64,000 nucleotides of DNA from NCBI GenBank assembly GCA_965223155.1, contig CBDCVR010000015.1:1120001-1184000 (forward strand), read 5' to 3'. The notes beneath the pieces are model-generated. The model was not told the origin of the DNA and searched no databases. It saw only the letters and a list, made by a program, of their open reading frames with translations. A program made the position numbers and the translations under genes. Shown in pieces: positions 1 through 9,135 of this stretch; positions within the stretch are counted from its first letter, which is position 1; every line of letters starts with the position of its first letter. The DNA comes from Candidatus Multivoradales bacterium. Its GTDB lineage: Bacteria > Acidobacteriota > Thermoanaerobaculia > Multivoradales > JAHEKO01.

Positions 1-2223
1 CGGGCGTCCCCGTCGCGGAAGGCCGATCCGGTCGGGCCGGTAGAGGTAGGCCACGCGGATATTGGACCCGGGCCGGCCGCCGTCGGCTAAGTCCACCGGG
101 TCGATCTGAGCCGCCTCGTAGACGGGTCCGCCGGCCCGGGCGATGGCTTCGATGAGACGCCCCAGCGTATGCGCGGCCGACACCGTGCCGTCATTGTCGG
201 GACCGGTGTCGTCCTGAATCTCTTGCAGGGCAAGAACGTCGGGAGCGTCCAGGTTGGCGACGATGGTCTCGGCGACCCGGAGGATCTTCTCGGCTCCGCT
301 CCGGGGGCTCAGGTTCTCGACGTTGTACGAGGCCACCGTGAGAACGCGGGGACCGGCTCCGAGGGTGGTGCGCTCGGGCGGGGTTGCCGCCGGCCGGTGG
401 GCGGGGAGCTCTTCGGCCAAGACTCGAAAGGTACCGAAGGCGTAGGTCAGAACCCCGACGATCGGTTCTTCGAAACGATCGCCGACCGTGAGCCGCGGCC
501 CCTGGGCACCGTCCCGGGTCGTCACCAGCAGGCGCTCGGCGTTGACGCTTGCCGCCTCCAGCAGCAGCCCTCCGGCTCGGGAGCGCCCGCCAGTTGCGGC
601 CCCGCCGTCGGCCAGAACAGCGATCTCGCCAAAGCGAGTCGTCGGTCCGACCACCACCGCGTCCGGAATCGCCACCCGCATGCCCTCGAGACTCTCCAGG
701 AAGTCGATCGCGTCGAGCTCGGGCTCGAAACGCTCCAAGCCGTCATCGTCGATCGCCGCCGCGGGAATCGGCCGGCCGGTCCGGCCCAGGACGATCGGTT
801 CCGGCAGTGGCTCGCGTTCTTCGTTCGAAGCGCGCCGGACGTACGCGCCGCCGAGCCCTGTGACCGAGAGTCCCAGCGGAAAGCTCGTCTCGGTGACCCG
901 ACCGCTGACAACCACGCGCTCGCCCGGCTCGAGCTCGGGCCCCGGTGGACTCACGGCCGGCTCCACGAACAGAGCGTCGCTGGTTGCGGGGTCGCCGTCA
1001 CCCGCCGACTGGATCCAGAAGCCGGAGCCGCTGGGAGCGCGGGCTGTGACCGTTCCCGTGACTCCGAGCAACCAGGATCCTTCCCGGCCGCTGCGATGGC
1101 CGGCTCCCTGGATCCCCGCGACCGCATGTGGCTGGGCATCGAGGGCGAAGACCAGAATCTGGGTCCGCTGGAATTCGCTGAAGTTGTTGTCCGAAACCAG
1201 GACCAGGGTCCGCCGTCCATCGGCGAGCCGCGGACCGAAGGTCAGCCCTTCCAGGTTATCGAGAGGAATGCCGAAAGCGCCCAGCGGAACCAGAAGCGTC
1301 TTGCGGACCGGGCGGTAGCGTCCCTTTTTCAGGCGCTTACGGCCGGCGACGTCGGTGGCGCCGGCGAGAGCGACGTCGTAGATCCGGATGTCGTTGCCGA
1401 CGCCGGCGGTGTACGAGCGCTCGAGGGCCAGCAGCCGGTCTGGTCCAGTGCTCAAGAGCTCGACCAGGCCATTGGTGCGAAACCCGTCGGGCTCGGGCGG
1501 CGCCGCCACCACTGGATCCACCTCGTAGGCGAAGGCGGCCTCCAGCCGCCCCCTCGGGTCGTAGCGCAGAATCCGGACCGTCGAACCGACGCCGACGTCG
1601 GTTTCCGGCCCGTCTTGCATCAGAGCATTCTCGGTGGCGGTCAGGATGCCGCCCGCCGGTTCGAGCGCCAGGCCTTCGAAGCCCAGGTTGTGGCGCACGC
1701 CCCGGGCTCGCCACCGCTTGGGATGCGTTCGCCGGGGTAGCGGAAGGTCCCGAATCCAAGCTCCGGCGCGCGAGTATTCCCGCACGAAGGGCGCGATGCC
1801 TTCCCGGATCTGCCCCTCGGACGAGATGAAGAGTGTGTCGCGGCCGGTGTGCCGGATGCCCTCGGCGTCGAGGGTGCCGGCGCGAAACGGCTTCCCGTCC
1901 CGGTCTAGAAGCTCGGTCATGGCTTCGATTCGGACGTCGTCCGCATCCACGCGGCCGCGGGTCAGGTCGATCCGGAGGGTCAGATAGCGAGCCGGACCCA
2001 ACGTGGCGGGATCATCCGACACCGCGTAGTAGAGGTCGCGGCCCCCGTCGTAGGTGAGGCCCGAGAGCCCGCCCACCGGTACGTCCTCGAAGCGCAGGCT
2101 CGACGGCAGATCGACGTGGCCGAGAAGCTCGAGCCCGGTGATGGCGTTAGCCGACGCCGAGGCCGGGACGGCGAGCAGCACGAACGCGGCCAGCAGGCCG
2201 GCGAGCCTCGGCAGGAAAGCCAT
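1..2223 (-). CDS. Secreted phytase-like esterase beta-propeller + OB-fold + EEP (endonuclease/exonuclease/phosphatase) fusion, running off the left edge
   Basis: Manual translation (absent from ORF track): ATG 2223, signal peptide MAFLPRLAGLLAAFVLLAVPASASA, then GGLSGLTYD..YYAVSDD, DAEGI, NLGFEGL, DNLEGL, LVSDNNF (phytase-like); IQGAGHRS and FLESLEGMRV (OB-fold); TVASYNVENL and PDVLALQEIQDD (EEP). Confidence 0.85.
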   Translation of the reverse strand, partial: MAFLPRLAGLLAAFVLLAVPASASANAITGLELLGHVDLPSSLRFEDVPVGGLSGLTYDGGRDLYYAVSDDPATLGPARYLTLRIDLTRGRVDADDVRIEAMTELLDRDGKPFRAGTLDAEGIRHTGRDTLFISSEGQIREGIAPFVREYSRAGAWIRDLPLPRRTHPKRWRARGVRHNLGFEGLALEPAGGILTATENALMQDGPETDVGVGSTVRILRYDPRGRLEAAFAYEVDPVVAAPPEPDGFRTNGLVELLSTGPDRLLALERSYTAGVGNDIRIYDVALAGATDVAGRKRLKKGRYRPVRKTLLVPLGAFGIPLDNLEGLTFGPRLADGRRTLVLVSDNNFSEFQRTQILVFALDAQPHAVAGIQGAGHRSGREGSWLLGVTGTVTARAPSGSGFWIQSAGDGDPATSDALFVEPAVSPPGPELEPGERVVVSGRVTETSFPLGLSVTGLGGAYVRRASNEEREPLPEPIVLGRTGRPIPAAAIDDDGLERFEPELDAIDFLESLEGMRVAIPDAVVVGPTTRFGEIAVLADGGAATGGRSRAGGLLLEAASVNAERLLVTTRDGAQGPRLTVGDRFEEPIVGVLTYAFGTFRVLAEELPAHRPAATPPERTTLGAGPRVLTVASYNVENLSPRSGAEKILRVAETIVANLDAPDVLALQEIQDDTGPDNDGTVSAAHTLGRLIEAIARAGGPVYEAAQIDPVDLADGGRPGSNIRVAYLYRPDRIGLPRRGRP

Positions 2224-2357
2224 GGGGGGGGATCGTAGCACCGGGTCCCTACGGTCCGGACGTCCAGCGGAGATCGCCCGATCGGCTCTGGCCTGGCTCT
2301 GATCGGTCCGGGGTTCCGGCCCGGCCGCCATGGATCCCGTTGATAGCATTCGTGCCA

Positions 2358-2882
2358 GTGAAGGACTCCTTGCAGGATTCGGCGGCCGCGCATCGGGAGG
2401 CGGCCGGAGAGCCCAGCGCCCGTTGTGCCGTCGTGACCGTGAGTGACAGCCGGACGACGGAAGACGACCCGGGCGGGGATCTTCTCGCGAGCCGGCTCGA
2501 GCAAGGCGGCCACCGGGTCGTGGCCCGCACGTGGGTGCGGGACGAACCCATCGAGCTCGGCCGCGTCCTGACCGAGTGGACGTCCCGCGACGACGTCGAG
2601 GTGATCCTGACTACCGGCGGCACGGGAATCTCCCGCCGGGATACATCGGTCGAGGTCCTCGAGCGGTTTCTGGACCAGCGTCTGGACGGTTTCGGGGAGC
2701 TCTTTCGAATGCTGAGCTACGAGGAGGTCGGCTCGGCCGCCATGCTCAGCCGGGCTGTGGCGGGTTTGGTCCGAGGCTGCTTCGTCTTTGCGCTACCGGG
2801 CTCGGTGGCGGCGGTGACTCTGGCGCTCGACAAGCTGATCTTGCCCGAGCTGCCGCATCTCCTCTGGGAGCGGAGCCGCTAG
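2358..2882 (+). CDS. moaB: Molybdenum cofactor biosynthesis protein MoaB/Mog
   Basis: VTVSDSRT..D..G, ILTTGGTGISRRD, GFGELFRMLSYEEVGSAAMLSRA, FALPGS. Start uncertain (GTG 2358). Confidence 0.9.
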   Translation: MKDSLQDSAAAHREAAGEPSARCAVVTVSDSRTTEDDPGGDLLASRLEQGGHRVVARTWVRDEPIELGRVLTEWTSRDDVEVILTTGGTGISRRDTSVEVLERFLDQRLDGFGELFRMLSYEEVGSAAMLSRAVAGLVRGCFVFALPGSVAAVTLALDKLILPELPHLLWERSR

Positions 2883-2892
2883 CGGCCCGCCG

Positions 2893-5800
2893 CTAGAAGC
2901 CGTCCGCCGGCGCCGAGGCGCCGGTGGGTGCAGCCGCCTCGATCGAGTCGATCGAGTCGATCGAATCGATCGCAGCGGGCGCTTGCTCGTCCTCGGTCTG
3001 GAGGCCGCGCCAGAGAGGCACCGAGCTCGCGGCGTAAAACGCCTCGAGGTCCGCTTGCGCCTGCCGCGCGCGAGGATGGCCGAGCGCCTCGTAGCACTCG
3101 TAGCGGGATCGGAGGAACGGCTCGCTCCAGGCTGGCAACGGCTCGAACTCGGCCAGGGCTTCGGCGCAGCGGCTCCGCTCTTCGGAGCGCAGCGCCAGGT
3201 TGAGGCGGGTGGTGGCGCGCTGGTGATCCAGCAAGCGCATCGAGAACGGCTGACTCAGGGCTTCCAGAATCACTGGAGTCGGATCGGGAAGATCGGGCGC
3301 TTGCGCGGCGGCTTCGAGGAGTTTCCAGACCAGAAACAGTCCCCGGGTGACGAGCTGGGGCTCCGGCCAGGGGTTCGTCCGGTAGGTCTCGACGGCCTCT
3401 AGCCAGGCGCTCAGAGCGAGGGTGGCCTCGTTGCGCGCCAGATGCCAGCGCGCACGCGCGAAGCCGGCCTCGACCGGCCGGGTCTCGGCGAGGCGTTGCG
3501 CGAGCTCTGGAAACTCCGGGTCGGCCGCGGTTGCCGCGCTGTCGGCCACTGCGAGGAGGTCCCGGGGATGCCGGGGCGGGCTGGTCTGCTCGCGCCATAG
3601 GTCCAGAGCCTCTCCGTAGGCCTCACGGCCGTGCGCGTCACGGGCACGGTGCCGCGCCTGGCGCTCCGGATCCTCGGAAGCCAGGGCTTCGACCGGCCGG
3701 CCGTGTAGGACGAGATCGCGGACTTCGCGGGCGTCCTCGACATCGTCCCAGTCGAAAGAGACCGCGGCGGGGCGGTTCTGGCCACGGGCGGTGGCGATCT
3801 GGCGTAGCTGCTGGACGGAAAAATCGCTGGGCTGGCCGACGGAGCGAGCGAAGCCGAACTCGATCACCGGGTGGTCGTCGGTGTTGATGGCGGCCAGGTC
3901 CAGCGCGCCGACGTCCCGCGAGAACTCGGCGTTGGCCAAGAACCCCGAATAGAGGCCATCCACGCCCCGGACACCCCAGACGAGATCGAGGGCTTTGCGG
4001 TACGGCTCGTGCCGCAGCACTTCGGCTAGCGCCGGACGCGAGTGGTCGATGGCGCGGTTCGACGCGATCAAGAGGAGATCGCTACGGTGTACCTGCCAGG
4101 TCTCGACGTGCTCGAAGACTGAGCTCAAAGTGGCATAGGCGGTGCGGATGACCTGGGCATCGACCTCGTAGGCCTGCAGCCACTGCACGAATAGGCCCTT
4201 TTCGGTCAGGCGCTCGCGCACGGCCTCGTAGAACTCCTGGGTGAAGAGGCTCGAGACCCCGGCCCGGTACGGGTTTGACGGCTCCGAGAAGACGACGTCG
4301 TAGGAGGACTTGACCGTCAACAAGTGCTCGCGCGCGTCGGCGATGACGACTTCTACCTTGGGATTCTCGAGCACCTTCTCATTGACCGGGGCGCAGTCTT
4401 CGGCGACCCGCAGGATCGCCGGTTCCAGCTCGACCACTTCAACCGACTCGACCGTCGGCACTCGGGCCATCCAGCCCGCGGTCGAGCCCGTGCCCAAACC
4501 GATGACCAGGGTGCTCTTGGGCTCGGGATGAAGCGCGGTGGCCACCAGGCCGCTCATCACTTGAGTCGGCGCATCGCTCCGGGAATGGCCGTCCACCTTG
4601 CCGTTGACGACGAAGGCGTAGCCTTCACCCTGAACCAAGGCGACGCTGCTCTCGCGTCCGTCCGCCTCCCAGGCCACGTTGCGCTGGAAGCCCAGGCGCA
4701 TGTCCTCGAGATCGTTCGGGCTTCGGATCGGAACCTTCAGCCGGCCCGCGCCGATTCCGGAGTGACGCCAGAAGGCGGTGGGTCCGTCCGCCGTGGTCAG
4801 AGCGAACGCGGCCAGCGCCAAGGCGCCGATCCCATAGAGTGCCGGCCGGCGATGCCGCATCTCGTAGGCCAGAAAGGCGGTGGCGATCAGACCCAGGAGC
4901 CAGATCGACAGCTTCCAGGTGGCTGGTGCTCCCAAGGCGGGCAGGATCAAGAAGCCGCCGGCGATCGAGCCCAAGATGGCGCCGAAGGTGTTCCAGGCGT
5001 AGGTACGGCCGACCTGGCTGGCGATCTCGTCGCGACCGCTGCCCAAGAGGGCAATCAAGAGCGGGAACTGGTAGCCGGCCAGAACCGCCGCCGGAAAGAT
5101 GACGCAGACCGACACGGCCGTCCAGCCCAGGGTGAGGGCGCCAAAGCCCGCCACCGACAGGTCGCGTAGCTGGAGGGCAAGAAAGGCGATGCGGTCGCCG
5201 GCGGCGAACGGGATCGCGACCGCCAGGGCTTCGAGGCTGCAAGTCGCCGCGAACTCGGCCGGGGTGGGTCGGCGTCCCTGAGCGGCCAGGCCATACAGGA
5301 AGCCGCCCAGCCCGATGCCCGCCAGGGCCACGGCGAGGACGACGCCGAAGGTATAGGTCGATCCTCCCAAGATCGGTGCCATCATCCGGTACCAGACGAG
5401 CTCGAGCTGGAAGAAGACGAACCCCACGCCCGCGGCGGCGGCCAGGACCAGATAGTAGAGCGACCTCGAGGACTCGGAACTCGCGGCCACCGGTGTTCCG
5501 TCTCGATCGGTTGTCGCCACGGCTCCGGCCGAGGCCATCCGCCGAGCTTCCGCGCGCGCCGCCACCGCGATCAGGAGATTGAGCGCCGCCGCCAGCCAGA
5601 TCGATTGGCGGATGCCCAGGAGCTCGATGAGATAGAAGGTCGTGATCCAGGCGCCGGCGACGGCGCCCAGGGTGTTGACCGCATAGAGCAGCCCGACGGT
5701 ATGGCGGCCGACGTCCCGTTCGCTGGTGGCCGCGCGCACGGTGGCCGGCAGCGTGCCGCCCATGAGAAACGTCGGCAGTCCCAGAACGATCGTGGCCAGC

Positions 5801-6150
5801 ACCAGACGCAGCGCCGTGCCGCCCAGCGAGCCGAGGGTCGCTGTGCCGCCCAAGGCGACGTACGAGGCCCGCACGCCGGCGATCAAGAAGACGCTGGCGG
5901 CAGCGGCGATCGAGATTCCGATCTCCAGGCGGGCGTAGAAGTCGAGTGGGTTTCCGACCCGCTGGCTACGCCGGCCGAGCCACAGGCCGCCGGCGCCCAG
6001 GCCGGCCATGAAGATCGCGAGCACCGTTGCCGAGGCGGCAGTCGAACCGCCAAAGACCAGTCGCAACAACCGGAGCCAGGCAATCTGGTAGACCAGAGCG
6101 CAGAAACCCGAGCCGAAGAGAAACAGTCCGATACGGGCGGTGGCGGTCAC
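2893..6150 (-). CDS. Fused MFS-like membrane domain / spermidine synthase with TPR-like C-terminus
   Basis: About 13 TM helices (SGFCALVYQIAW, LYAVNTLGAVAG), then VIGLGTGST, VELEPAI, DVVFSEPSNPY, SLFTQEFY. Likely start GTG 6150. Confidence 0.88.
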   Translation of the reverse strand: MTATARIGLFLFGSGFCALVYQIAWLRLLRLVFGGSTAASATVLAIFMAGLGAGGLWLGRRSQRVGNPLDFYARLEIGISIAAAASVFLIAGVRASYVALGGTATLGSLGGTALRLVLATIVLGLPTFLMGGTLPATVRAATSERDVGRHTVGLLYAVNTLGAVAGAWITTFYLIELLGIRQSIWLAAALNLLIAVAARAEARRMASAGAVATTDRDGTPVAASSESSRSLYYLVLAAAAGVGFVFFQLELVWYRMMAPILGGSTYTFGVVLAVALAGIGLGGFLYGLAAQGRRPTPAEFAATCSLEALAVAIPFAAGDRIAFLALQLRDLSVAGFGALTLGWTAVSVCVIFPAAVLAGYQFPLLIALLGSGRDEIASQVGRTYAWNTFGAILGSIAGGFLILPALGAPATWKLSIWLLGLIATAFLAYEMRHRRPALYGIGALALAAFALTTADGPTAFWRHSGIGAGRLKVPIRSPNDLEDMRLGFQRNVAWEADGRESSVALVQGEGYAFVVNGKVDGHSRSDAPTQVMSGLVATALHPEPKSTLVIGLGTGSTAGWMARVPTVESVEVVELEPAILRVAEDCAPVNEKVLENPKVEVVIADAREHLLTVKSSYDVVFSEPSNPYRAGVSSLFTQEFYEAVRERLTEKGLFVQWLQAYEVDAQVIRTAYATLSSVFEHVETWQVHRSDLLLIASNRAIDHSRPALAEVLRHEPYRKALDLVWGVRGVDGLYSGFLANAEFSRDVGALDLAAINTDDHPVIEFGFARSVGQPSDFSVQQLRQIATARGQNRPAAVSFDWDDVEDAREVRDLVLHGRPVEALASEDPERQARHRARDAHGREAYGEALDLWREQTSPPRHPRDLLAVADSAATAADPEFPELAQRLAETRPVEAGFARARWHLARNEATLALSAWLEAVETYRTNPWPEPQLVTRGLFLVWKLLEAAAQAPDLPDPTPVILEALSQPFSMRLLDHQRATTRLNLALRSEERSRCAEALAEFEPLPAWSEPFLRSRYECYEALGHPRARQAQADLEAFYAASSVPLWRGLQTEDEQAPAAIDSIDSIDSIEAAAPTGASAPADGF

Positions 6151-6311
6151 AGGTCGATGGGTTCTCCGGAACCGGACCCGTAGTGCGGAACCGGCTTCGT
6201 GGGGTGGGAGCCCGTACAATACAAGCCGGGCCCGAAAACTCGAAACAGGACGGCAGGTCGCCGGTGTTCGACTCGACGGTCGGCGCCGGCGGGGAAGCCG
6301 TACCCGTCACC

Positions 6312-7904
6312 ATGGACTGCGACCTTGTCATCGTCGGCGCCGGCAGCGCCGGTTGCGTGCTCGCCGGTCGGCTGAGCGCCGATCCCCACCTGCGGGTCGT
6401 CTTGGTCGAGGCTGGCGGGCCGCCGAAGAGGATGGAAATCGGGATTCCGGCCGCCTTCCCGAAGCTCTTTCGAACCGAGGTGGATTGGGCCTACGAGACC
6501 GAGCCGCAGGCGGGCTTGGGTGGTCGCCGGCTGTTCTGGCCCCGCGGCAAGATGCTGGGTGGCTCGTCGTCGATGAACGCGATGATCTACATCCGCGGCC
6601 ACCGGCGGATCTTCGACGGCTGGGCCGAAACCGGCGCGGACGGCTGGAGCTTCGAGGAGGTACTACCTGTGTTTCTTCGCTCCGAGAACTTCAGGCCGCT
6701 ACGAGCCGGCGGCGCCCGCGACCCGTTCCACGCCCGCGGCGGGCCGGTTCAGGTCGCCGAGCAGGTGGATCCGAATCCCCTGTCCCGGGCGTTCGTCGAA
6801 GCGGCGGTGGCCGCCGGCCACGAGCGCAACGACGACTTCAACGGGCCGCGCCAAGCGGGCATGGGCCTCTACCACGTCACCCAGCAGCGGGGACGGCGTT
6901 GGAGCGCCTTCGACGCCTTCTTGCGGCCTGCCCGCAAGCGCCCCAACCTCACGATTCTCGCGAACACGCTGGCGACTCGAGTCCTCTTCGAGGGAAGCCG
7001 AGCCGTGGGCCTCGAGATCGCGCGCGCGGGAGGGCGCGAGACTGTGCGGGCCGGCCAGGTCGTTCTGGCCGGCGGCGCCGTCAACTCGCCTCAGCTCCTG
7101 ATGCTCTCAGGCGTGGGCCCGGCCGAGAACCTCCGGCGGGCCGGGCTGGACGTGGTTCACGACCTGCCGGGGGTCGGCCGGAACCTCCAGGACCATCCGA
7201 TCGCCCCTCTGGTCTTCGACTGCACCCAACCGGTCAGCCTGGCCAACGCCGAGTCCCTGGCCGCCCTGGCGCGGTATCTCCTCGTTCGGCGTGGCGGGTT
7301 GACCTCCAACATCGGAGAAGCGGGCGGCTTCGTTCGCGTCCTGGCGGCGGCCGACGACCCTCCCGATCTCCAGTTTCATTTCGCGCCGTCCTACTTCGTC
7401 AATCATGGGTTCGAGAACCCCGAGGGGCACGGATTCTCAATCGCGGTCACCCTGGTGGCGCCTCGGAGCCGCGGCCGCGTGCGGCTCGCCAGCGCGAAGC
7501 CGACCGCGGCGCCCGCCATCGACCCGGCCTACCTGACCGAGCCCGAGGACGTCGAGATCCTGGTGCGCGGACTGGAACTGGGCCGCGAGATCCTGGCGGA
7601 AGCGCCGCTTGCTCCCTACCGGGGCGCGGAGCGCTTTCCGGGCGCCGCCACCGTTCGGCGCTCCGAGCTCGAGGCATACCTGCGAGGCAATCTCGAAACC
7701 CTGTACCATCCGGTTGGCACCTGCAAGATGGGCAGCGACGCGATGGCGGTGGTGGATCCTTCCTGCCGGGTGCGCGGCCTCGACCGGCTTTGGGTCGCCG
7801 ACGCTTCGATCATGCCCACGATCCCGAACGGCAACACCCACGCATCCACCATGATGATCGCCGAGAAAGCCGCCGCCGGGCTGGTCGGAGAGCCGGGACT
7901 CTAG
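6312..7904 (+). CDS. GMC oxidoreductase (choline dehydrogenase-like)
   Basis: IVGAGSAGCVLA, RGKMLGGSSSMNAMIY, GRNLQDH, YHPVGTCKMG, DASIMP..GNT. ATG 6312. Confidence 0.92.
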   Translation: MDCDLVIVGAGSAGCVLAGRLSADPHLRVVLVEAGGPPKRMEIGIPAAFPKLFRTEVDWAYETEPQAGLGGRRLFWPRGKMLGGSSSMNAMIYIRGHRRIFDGWAETGADGWSFEEVLPVFLRSENFRPLRAGGARDPFHARGGPVQVAEQVDPNPLSRAFVEAAVAAGHERNDDFNGPRQAGMGLYHVTQQRGRRWSAFDAFLRPARKRPNLTILANTLATRVLFEGSRAVGLEIARAGGRETVRAGQVVLAGGAVNSPQLLMLSGVGPAENLRRAGLDVVHDLPGVGRNLQDHPIAPLVFDCTQPVSLANAESLAALARYLLVRRGGLTSNIGEAGGFVRVLAAADDPPDLQFHFAPSYFVNHGFENPEGHGFSIAVTLVAPRSRGRVRLASAKPTAAPAIDPAYLTEPEDVEILVRGLELGREILAEAPLAPYRGAERFPGAATVRRSELEAYLRGNLETLYHPVGTCKMGSDAMAVVDPSCRVRGLDRLWVADASIMPTIPNGNTHASTMMIAEKAAAGLVGEPGL

Positions 7905-7926
7905 CCACGAGGGCTTGAACGACGGT

Positions 7927-8937
7927 TCAGCCGTCGCCGAGGTGTTCGGCGAAGAATTCGAGCGTCCGGCTCCAGGCGAGCTCGGCCGCGTCCGAGTCGT
8001 AGCGCTGCCCGCTGGGATTGGCAAAGGCGTGATCGGCGCCGTCGTAGACGTGGATGGTCGCATCTTTGCCGAGCGCGGCCAGGGCGCGCTCGAATTCTTC
8101 GACGCCCTCGAGCGGGATGCCGCGGTCGAGGGATCCGAAGTGTCCCAGGACCGGAGCCGTCAGGGGCTCGAGCTCTTCGGCGCTCGAGGTGACGCGGCCG
8201 TAGTAGATGACGGCAGCGTCGAGGCCGGAGCCCAAGTGAAGCGCCGTCCGGAGCGACCAGCCGCCGCCGAAGCACCAGCCGACCGATCCGATCCGGGAGA
8301 CTCCCGCCTTCTCGCGCAGGAAAGTGGCCGCTTGGCGTAGGTTCTCCTCCAGGCGTTCGGTGCGCTCCAAGGTGCCTCGCATGAGACCCATGGCGCCGTC
8401 CCGGTCGGTTGCCGACTCGCCTTCGTAAAGGTCCACCGCCAGGGCCGTGTAGCCTTCGCCCGCGAAACGCTCGGTCATGGCCCGGACGTTGTCGTTGAGT
8501 CCCCACCACTCGTGGATGACGAGGAGGCCTGCTTTGCCAGCTCCGCCAACCTCGGCGGCTCCGGCGGTATCGGAGGTCCGGGGCCGAGCCAGATAGCCCC
8601 GGATCACGGTGCCGTCGAGCCGGGCATAAGTGACTTCATCGGTCGCGATCGAGCGCGCCGGCTCGGGTTCGGTCGCCGGCGTGGCCGCGGGCTCCTCGCC
8701 TTCGTGCTCGCGGGCCATGGCCTCAACGTGCGCGGTCTCGGCGTCTGCCGGGGCGTTGGCCTGGGCGTTGGCGTTGGCGGCGTCTACGGCCGGCGCCGGG
8801 TCCGGCTCGGTCGAGGTGGCGCAGGCCAGGCTCGCGATAGCGACCAGCAGCGCCGGCAACCAACGGGCGGTCCGGACACCGAGCTGAGCTCGAGCCCAGA
8901 AACCGGAGCGGACGGAAGGGGGCGGCTGTGCGGTCAT
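7927..8937 (-). CDS. Dienelactone hydrolase family lipoprotein
   Basis: IHEWWGLN, GWCFGG nucleophile motif, HAFANPS; lipobox-like SLAC. Confidence 0.9.
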   Translation of the reverse strand: MTAQPPPSVRSGFWARAQLGVRTARWLPALLVAIASLACATSTEPDPAPAVDAANANAQANAPADAETAHVEAMAREHEGEEPAATPATEPEPARSIATDEVTYARLDGTVIRGYLARPRTSDTAGAAEVGGAGKAGLLVIHEWWGLNDNVRAMTERFAGEGYTALAVDLYEGESATDRDGAMGLMRGTLERTERLEENLRQAATFLREKAGVSRIGSVGWCFGGGWSLRTALHLGSGLDAAVIYYGRVTSSAEELEPLTAPVLGHFGSLDRGIPLEGVEEFERALAALGKDATIHVYDGADHAFANPSGQRYDSDAAELAWSRTLEFFAEHLGDG

Positions 8938-9135
8938 GGAGAACTCCTCGAAGAAGCGGCCGCAGGGGCAACTTGGCGTTACGGCACGGACGGCGAGGCC
9001 GAAATGCTAGCACCGCCCCCGGGGATGAATCCGCCATCCCGCTCAGAACTCGATCGCTCGATCTTGCGTAGTAGGGTTCAGAGCCCGGCGGTTCCGCCGG
9101 GGTCTCTTCAAGACAACAGCTCAGGAGGATCTTTT

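Noticed and set aside
169-1740. 523-aa plus-strand ORF and similar long ORFs (16209-19016, 26818-29055, 47938-49461, 51649-53514, 60840-62390)
   Set aside because: Antisense shadows of well-supported genes in GC-rich DNA; they carry no motifs.
2879-2896. Frequent CTAG at gene ends as possible insertion scars
   Set aside because: Adequately explained by TAG stop codons preceded by C-ending codons.
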